DNA of 63,996 bases, counting the filler, from Stramenopiles sp. TOSAG23-3 (taxonomy: Eukaryota), in NCBI GenBank assembly GCA_900128585.1. It is 3 parts of 3 records of this genome, joined end to end, with 100 filler letters (N's around TTAATTAATTAA, not from the genome) between each part and the next. Parts side by side here need not be neighbours in the genome. Positions count along the whole stretch, not along the records: positions 43,394 to 63,996 come from LT642373.1; 2 more parts are not named here. One strand, 5' to 3'. Numbering within the stretch: the stretch's first letter is position 1; each line of letters starts with the position of its first letter. The notes below the pieces were generated by a model. The model saw only the letters and a list, made by a program, of their open reading frames with translations. It did no database searches and had not been told where the DNA came from. Below are positions 58,020 through 63,996 of the stretch, one piece after another. The translations under genes were made by a program, and so were the position numbers.

Positions 58020-60980
58020 ATGGAAGGTGTTGCAAGCTTTGAGGAGATGACCGGACTGACCAGTGAAGGGTACCAGCACTGGAGCCCGTCGGGAATGCAC
58101 GAGAGAACAAAGAAATACCAGCTCATCGTGTTTGACTGGGATGTACTATTTGACAAACGGACTAATCGAGTGCTGCCTGGTGTCTATGACACGCTTTGGG
58201 TCTTGAAGCATTTTTTCGGCACAAGACGGGACGGTGGCATGGAGATGTGTATCCTTCGGGACCGCCCGAACGAAAAGTCGAACAAGAATCAAGTTCACTT
58301 CCGTGGGCCCGCGACGGGAGAAGAGATCGCTGCCCTGGAGCCGCTGGTCTCGCGAGCTGGTATTACTGACGAGCCTTTGGTTATCGAAGAGGACGTTTGC
58401 TTTTGCACCAGTCGAAAGACCCGCAAACCGAGCCCGGCGGCTCTGCTCCACTTCATGAACACGTGGAACGACGAGTCGGTCAAAGACTATGGGGGCCCGC
58501 AAGACGGGGAATGGCCCGATACGAAAACCCTGTTTGTGGGGGGAACATGGAGCCACTTTTCTGCCAGCGTGCGAGCAAACGCCGACTTCGCATGGGGCAG
58601 TCGCTTTTTTGGCGGTTTCACAGGGCTCGATTACTGGCGGTCTACCTTGTCGACTATGGACTTTGACAAGGATTGGTTCTCCCGGGAAAACTCGTGCCCG
58701 TTCAGCTTCGAACAGAGGTGTCATGTCAAGATCTGCTGGACCAGCACACAGTACGATCCGTCGCGTGAGGACAACGAAGACCCACACACTATGGAGGGGT
58801 TCGACATGGTTCTGAACACTGCGCTGACTGCCTTTGACATGAAGCAACAGATACTGCTGGGCCTCGGGTACGAGACTGTGGTGGGGCTCGGCTCGATGAA
58901 ACTCTTTTACGTGGATGAGGAGGACGACGAGTGGACGGCGTGGCCGGAGCACGAGACTTTCGATTCGTTCGGTGGGGCGAAGTACATTCAGCAGGTGCAC
59001 TTGTCGACGAGCAACGATCTCACCCCTAGCGGTGTGTTGAAGGGTAGGGGGAACAATGCCACCCCAGCGGCCTCTGTACGCAGCGAAATGCGAAGAAAGC
59101 AGCAACTGTCGCAAAGGAAACTTCTGGAACAGGCTAGACGGACCCTTGTGGGCGGGTGGAAGCGCGAGGGTGGGGCAAAGGAGCCCGCGGCACTCTCGTC
59201 CACGAGCTCCCCATCGCTCGCAAAGGGCATGGAGGACCTTTTTGGGCAGCACGAGGCTTTGTTTTACCTCCTCCGGATCGGGATTGTAGCGTTTAGCTGG
59301 AGCGAGAGCAGTGACGAAGTTGTCGACCCACACCGGGTTCGTGCATGGGTGGACCATGACCCGAGCAGTGCGGTCGAGGGCGAACCAGAGAATATTCAGG
59401 CTATTTATACGAGAGAGTTAGCAAAGAACAAAGTGACAAAGGTTGGTGTGCGGGGCATTCCGCAGAGAATGTTCGATGGGAACGATTTTCACCTATACAA
59501 TAAAGACACTAGGTTCACCATGTTCGACGACCAGAGCGTAACGCTCTATTGCTTCGATTTGGTGTTTGAGAAACGGGTTTGCCTGGGCTTCCTGACAGAG
59601 GAGAAACGGGACGTGGCGTTGCGGGCATTCTATTACTACATGGCGAAATCCCCCGTTGTCCTGCCAGAAAACGGTTCGAAATTAGAAGCAAAGTTCGTCG
59701 ATGACCTCGACAAGTCCCACACTAAAATGGTTCAAAACGTAACGTCCTTCATCGAAAAGTTCGAGGGCGATGGGAACGAAGAGTACAAGAAGTACGCCAG
59801 CACGATAATCGACGAGGAAGATGTTAGGTACATGGGCCGGGTGAAAGGAATTATCGAGAAAATGAAAAAGGAGAAGCCATCGGAACACCTAAGCTTTGGG
59901 AAGGTCATGAAGGCGGACGAGGAGCGGATGATGCCAAAGCCTGTGATTGCCACCCCAGATTCGCCTAAGAGGAAGAAAGCCCCGCAAAAATCAGAAGCGA
60001 ACGAGGTGATCATGTACCAAAATAGTGAGGTGGTGGAAGACGTGGACGACGACCGTGAGAACGAGAAGAAGCTTCAGGCGGACAAAACGTTCCTGATGAA
60101 AGGCTTTGCTTCCAAGAAGCATAAGCGTGCAAGGGGCGACAAGCTGAGCTCGAAGTATTTCTGGGTAAATTTTAAAGACTTTGTGCTGTACTGGCAGGAG
60201 ACCAAACCCACCAGGCTGGGCGCCAGCAGCGACAAAGGGATTCCGATCGGCCACATCACGAAGATTGTTCAAGGGCAGGAGTTCAACCCTCGTATACTGT
60301 GGAGGTCTCCTCGAAAATGCTGTCTCACAATAGCGGGGTTCTTTATGGGAAGAACGATTGACCTCGAGTTCGAGTCGAAGAAAGCCTGCAACAGAGTATA
60401 CCATGCCCTGCACTACGTACTGTTCAGAAACCACAACGATGATATCCGGGATAGTCTTATCTTCAAGGACGAAAACACCATGAAAGGTTTACTGTACTAC
60501 CAGAAAGAGGAGGAAGATGGCACCATTGGATTCGAGCAAAAAGTGTACGCCAAGTTGGACCATGGTTCGATAACCGTGTACGCCTTAGACAGCAAAGGTG
60601 AAGCAACGGGCTCTCCCATACATGTTTACGAGGTCGCGTATGACACCAGAACGACCCGTGGGTACGACGGGCATCCTGCAGGGTTTCGTGTAACGTTCCA
60701 GCATGGGGACCTGCTCCACGAAGGGGAACTCCTCCTCGAGCAGACGGTAATGTTCAAAGCGGTAGACGGTAGCGACGAGGATTCCGTTGCGTATGCGCAG
60801 CAATGGGTGGGGAAAATAAATACAGTTGCGAAGAACCTCAAACTTCGGTTTGATACAAATCAGAAAATTATACAACACGGGAAAAACTTCTTCCATGACG
60901 AAGCACTTTCTGCAAAGGTACAGAAAGCGATCAACAACCACGGAACGTGGTTTTCGCGTACGTTTTATGGGAGTGCCTAG
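58020..60980 (+). CDS. Multidomain protein: HAD-like domain, PB1/ubiquitin-like region and at least two PH domains
   Basis: LIVFDWD, RKPSP, TLFVGG (HAD); LFYVDEEDD (OPCA-like); LMKG..KKH...FWV...LYW...IPIGHITKIVQG...CLTI...RTIDLE (PLC-type PH); MKGLLYYQ...QQWVGKIN (PH). First ATG is at 58020. Confidence 0.8.
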   Translation: MEGVASFEEMTGLTSEGYQHWSPSGMHERTKKYQLIVFDWDVLFDKRTNRVLPGVYDTLWVLKHFFGTRRDGGMEMCILRDRPNEKSNKNQVHFRGPATGEEIAALEPLVSRAGITDEPLVIEEDVCFCTSRKTRKPSPAALLHFMNTWNDESVKDYGGPQDGEWPDTKTLFVGGTWSHFSASVRANADFAWGSRFFGGFTGLDYWRSTLSTMDFDKDWFSRENSCPFSFEQRCHVKICWTSTQYDPSREDNEDPHTMEGFDMVLNTALTAFDMKQQILLGLGYETVVGLGSMKLFYVDEEDDEWTAWPEHETFDSFGGAKYIQQVHLSTSNDLTPSGVLKGRGNNATPAASVRSEMRRKQQLSQRKLLEQARRTLVGGWKREGGAKEPAALSSTSSPSLAKGMEDLFGQHEALFYLLRIGIVAFSWSESSDEVVDPHRVRAWVDHDPSSAVEGEPENIQAIYTRELAKNKVTKVGVRGIPQRMFDGNDFHLYNKDTRFTMFDDQSVTLYCFDLVFEKRVCLGFLTEEKRDVALRAFYYYMAKSPVVLPENGSKLEAKFVDDLDKSHTKMVQNVTSFIEKFEGDGNEEYKKYASTIIDEEDVRYMGRVKGIIEKMKKEKPSEHLSFGKVMKADEERMMPKPVIATPDSPKRKKAPQKSEANEVIMYQNSEVVEDVDDDRENEKKLQADKTFLMKGFASKKHKRARGDKLSSKYFWVNFKDFVLYWQETKPTRLGASSDKGIPIGHITKIVQGQEFNPRILWRSPRKCCLTIAGFFMGRTIDLEFESKKACNRVYHALHYVLFRNHNDDIRDSLIFKDENTMKGLLYYQKEEEDGTIGFEQKVYAKLDHGSITVYALDSKGEATGSPIHVYEVAYDTRTTRGYDGHPAGFRVTFQHGDLLHEGELLLEQTVMFKAVDGSDEDSVAYAQQWVGKINTVAKNLKLRFDTNQKIIQHGKNFFHDEALSAKVQKAINNHGTWFSRTFYGSA

Positions 60981-61201
60981 ATAAAACTTTTCGCACCAAA
61001 AAAGAATTTTTAAAATTGAAATAAAATGAAAATATTAAAATACATAATTATTAAGAGAGAGTTGAAAGACAGAGACAGATTTTTTCAAAACTCCTTGTCA
61101 ACACCTCGCGTGCTTAAACCCACGTCGCGCGCGCACAAAATATTTTCGTGCCGCGTGCCTTTTTATGTTTAAAGCACTCCTCCTCCTGCGAGAGATTGAG
61201 T

Positions 61202-61876
61202 TCAGGGACTCATGAGCTTCTTCACGTCGAGCCCAGCTTTGGCCCCAATTTCCAGGAGCCGTTCCCGACGTCTCTTTGCCCCTACACGGTTTCTAATGTG
61301 GTCCTGTAGAATCTCTGTGTGTATTTGCCAATCGCCACATTCCGACAACGCAACTTTGTCGGGGTCGTCGAAGGTGGCTGCGCTCCCTATTTTCAGCGTC
61401 TTCTTATGCCGCATTCCGTTGACTGACCTGGCCCTTGAGATCACCTTCCGTTGCTTGCTGCTGCCGGATTCGATATCATTCCACTCTTGTATTATTTGAT
61501 CCACACTGTCGCATAGACTTTCAATTTCGTCTAATTTCGTTGACACAGTTGTGTGTGTACTGGACGACAAGGACGAGGTCGGTCGCGAGCCATGGGCCCG
61601 TTGCAATGACTTGCGAAGTGCAAAGGTTCCCTTTATGGACATTCTTCGGGGAGTGCTGTTGCGGCTCGACCCCGCTCCATTGGTTTGGAACGCCCCGAAC
61701 ACCCCAGCAACGGAATCCGACCGTTTCCATGGAACTTTAACCCACTTCGAATCCTCCTGTACAAATTTCACAGCCCGATGGTCGGCAGGTCGTGGCACGG
61801 ACTTACACATCGACTCCTTCAGCGGATAAACGGACGTAATCCCAGCCGTTCGAATTCGGCTCCTTGAACTATTCAT
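61202..61876 (-). CDS. Hypothetical basic, Ser/Arg-rich protein
   Basis: 224-aa ATG-initiated ORF coinciding with a GC-richer island between AT-rich spacers; no family recognised. Confidence 0.65.
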   Translation of the reverse strand: MNSSRSRIRTAGITSVYPLKESMCKSVPRPADHRAVKFVQEDSKWVKVPWKRSDSVAGVFGAFQTNGAGSSRNSTPRRMSIKGTFALRKSLQRAHGSRPTSSLSSSTHTTVSTKLDEIESLCDSVDQIIQEWNDIESGSSKQRKVISRARSVNGMRHKKTLKIGSAATFDDPDKVALSECGDWQIHTEILQDHIRNRVGAKRRRERLLEIGAKAGLDVKKLMSP

Positions 61877-62439
61877 ACGTACAAGCTACCCAGACCTTTA
61901 TTATTTTTGAGGGTATTAGCTCTTGTATGAACAAAAACAGAATAGGCTAGTTTCTTACAATGAAGACTTTCCTCTATGACAAATTCAAACACTTTCAAGT
62001 ACAATTTTACGCGGTGAAACAAATCTTAACGCATATAACGTGATAATACGTGCACCACCATACATCATATGACATTTTGTAGATGCCAACAAAGAAGAAG
62101 AAAGAAGAAAAGAAGAAGGAATTGCTCATGTTTTTTTTTTCAAGAAAAACATTAAATACAACTATATATTTTTTGTATTGTCATGCCTATAAAAACATAG
62201 TGCCTATTGGGTATATAGTGATAGCATAAAGCTTTTAACTTCCAACTTGCACACGAAATCCTGCTGGCTCGGATGCTTGTCCTTGGCGCGAAAAAAAATC
62301 CGACTCGAATTTCAAAGTATGAAAGCGTTCTGTCCTAAAACGACAAAAAAACGATAGAATGACGTTTTGATGCATAAGTTTAGATCAGGCAATTGTTCTG
62401 CTAACAATATCCGAGCGTCAACGAACGTTTATAAATTGT

Positions 62440-62523
62440 TTGTCCTCAATTGACTTGGAAATGCGGTTCCAAGGGACAATTCCTTCTGAAATGGGCGATT
62501 TGGACCAAACGGCACCGAAATAA
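62440..62523 (+). pseudogene. Single decayed leucine-rich-repeat unit
   Basis: LSSIDLEMRFQGTIPSEMGDLDQTAPK* resembles the LxxLDLxxNxLxGxIPxExGxL consensus but lacks the Asn; no surrounding long ORF. Confidence 0.4.
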
Positions 62524-63455
62524 TTGCTTATTTCTTTGCTACTTTTGCAAAAACCGAATGTATGGGCGTGTTTTGTCGTAGCTAAGAGGACATCTCACCG
62601 TTTAAAATTATAAAAATTATCCTTTTTTGATAATTATCTCATCCTTTCAAATAGTTAACACAAAGTCAATTGCCATTTTTCAATTCCGCGCCAAGGATAG
62701 TCATCGCAAAATATTGTTTAAGGTACTATATATTTACATATAAAAATAACATTAAATATAATTAATTATAAATAATATACCTTAAATATATAAGCAAATT
62801 TACTGACTTGTCGTGTTTTTTTAAAATTTTATTTTGCCTTTTTTTACAAACAAACAAACAAACCAAACACCAAACAAATCCATTCCACCAACAAAATCCC
62901 AGGCTTTGACCGCAACACCGCAACACCGCAACCTGCTTCCTTCGAGGCAACAAAAATGGTAAAAAAAAAATACGGAAAATAATATAACAGCTACACAGTA
63001 TCTATAGTAAAACAACAATCTCACACTTTATCTCGTCCTCCCTCCCTCCCGCCCTTCAATTCCTTCTCTTTTTTTTTCGCGAAGAAGAAGAAGAAGAAGA
63101 AGAAAGAAAAGAATTTTATTAATATATTACACAGCAGGGCCACACTTCACATCTTCTCGTCATCTTTCTTCTTCTCCTCATACTACAAAAAAAAAAATAA
63201 TAATAATAATTCTCTTGTTGTTGATTGAATATTTATTATAATATAATATACGATACATAACAGAATGCAATATTTGATTGTACTACAGTTTCATTTCAAA
63301 AAGTCAATTCTAAACTATAGTCTGTTCCCATGTATTCAGCAGGAGTAGTACAGAATATTTGCCTAGACAAAGAACAAGTTTGTGCTCAAGTATAGAGAGA
63401 CGCAGTAACTACGCAACTGGACTTTGTTGCCGTTGGTCAACGAATCAGGCTCCAG

Positions 63456-63996
63456 ATGTTTTATGAACCTGAAAACGACGGTGCGGAGTCAGGTGAGCAT
63501 GGGTATGGGGTTGGTCAGTACCCCAAAGGGTTTGATGGCGAAGGGGAGGGTGTTATTTTTCAACGCGAGAACGAGAGCATAAATATTTTCGATGAGGACG
63601 CATGGGACGACTCCGCACTGCTAAAAGCGTTTAATGAAAGCCTGGAACAGTATCCTGCGGAAAGGTCAGGTCGGAACGACACGAGGCGTTCGTTGGGGCA
63701 GGGACACGGTAAAGAAAGGTCGCAGAAGGGCGGAAAAGGAAGAAGCCCGCGTGTTCCCGATTCGCAGACGGGACAATCTGATCGTTTGAATAAGGGAGGT
63801 TATGGCAACCAACCGTCTACCCTCGAAGAACAGTCTCCGTACGACCCATCGGCAAGGCATTCAAGATACAACTCGTATGGCAGTTCCAAGTCTCCTCCAA
63901 ACTACTCCGAGGCTAGTCCGCCGTTTGTGCACCAGCACAATAACCTGCAGCGTAGGCGTCACTCTCCTGTTTCATACGATGACCGCCAGCATCGCT
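63456..63996 (+). CDS. SMN: Survival motor neuron (SMN) protein, 3'-partial
   Basis: ATG at 63456 opens a frame that runs off the window. It contains DEDAWDDSALLKAFNESL, matching the SMN Gemin2-binding motif WDDTALIKAYDKAV. Absent from the ORF track. Confidence 0.8.
   Translation, partial: MFYEPENDGAESGEHGYGVGQYPKGFDGEGEGVIFQRENESINIFDEDAWDDSALLKAFNESLEQYPAERSGRNDTRRSLGQGHGKERSQKGGKGRSPRVPDSQTGQSDRLNKGGYGNQPSTLEEQSPYDPSARHSRYNSYGSSKSPPNYSEASPPFVHQHNNLQRRRHSPVSYDDRQHR

Overview
Eukaryotic nuclear DNA in the standard genetic code, most likely from a flagellated, intron-poor protist (stramenopile-like; this is an inference). It is not one locus. Two artificial 100-nt linkers (44 N + TTAATTAATTAA + 44 N, at 21640-21739 and 43294-43393) join three unrelated scaffolds: 1-21639, 21740-43293 and 43394-end. 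Scaffold 1 has GC-rich, apparently intronless genes separated by very AT-rich spacers with (CTTT)n microsatellites: NSE1, a galactose-mutarotase-fold protein, a FAM173-like methyltransferase, Rab6, a secreted protein, XPF/ERCC4, a putative mitochondrial protein, RPS24, a 3xRRM protein and a putative DNA-binding protein. Scaffold 2 has visibly AT-richer genes (PGS1, a FAAP100-like protein, an IQ-motif protein, a TPR-FH2 formin, a CFAP97-family protein) and many mobile-element relics. Scaffold 3 has a 5'-truncated 14-kb single-ORF HYDIN, a HAD/PB1-like/PH multidomain protein, a hypothetical gene and the start of SMN, which the ORF track misses. The main unexplained structure is a dispersed repeat family of at least a dozen copies. 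These share a common T-rich 3' end, are variably 5'-truncated, have two alternative 3' tails and one likely target-site duplication, so they probably represent an undescribed non-LTR retrotransposon. Other signals are a RING-like motif directly after the NSE1 stop codon, a foldback element with telomere-like motifs, a Crypton-like relic, a second clustered repeat family and a recurrent TAGACGACTA motif. All homology calls come from motif recognition by eye; no searches were run.
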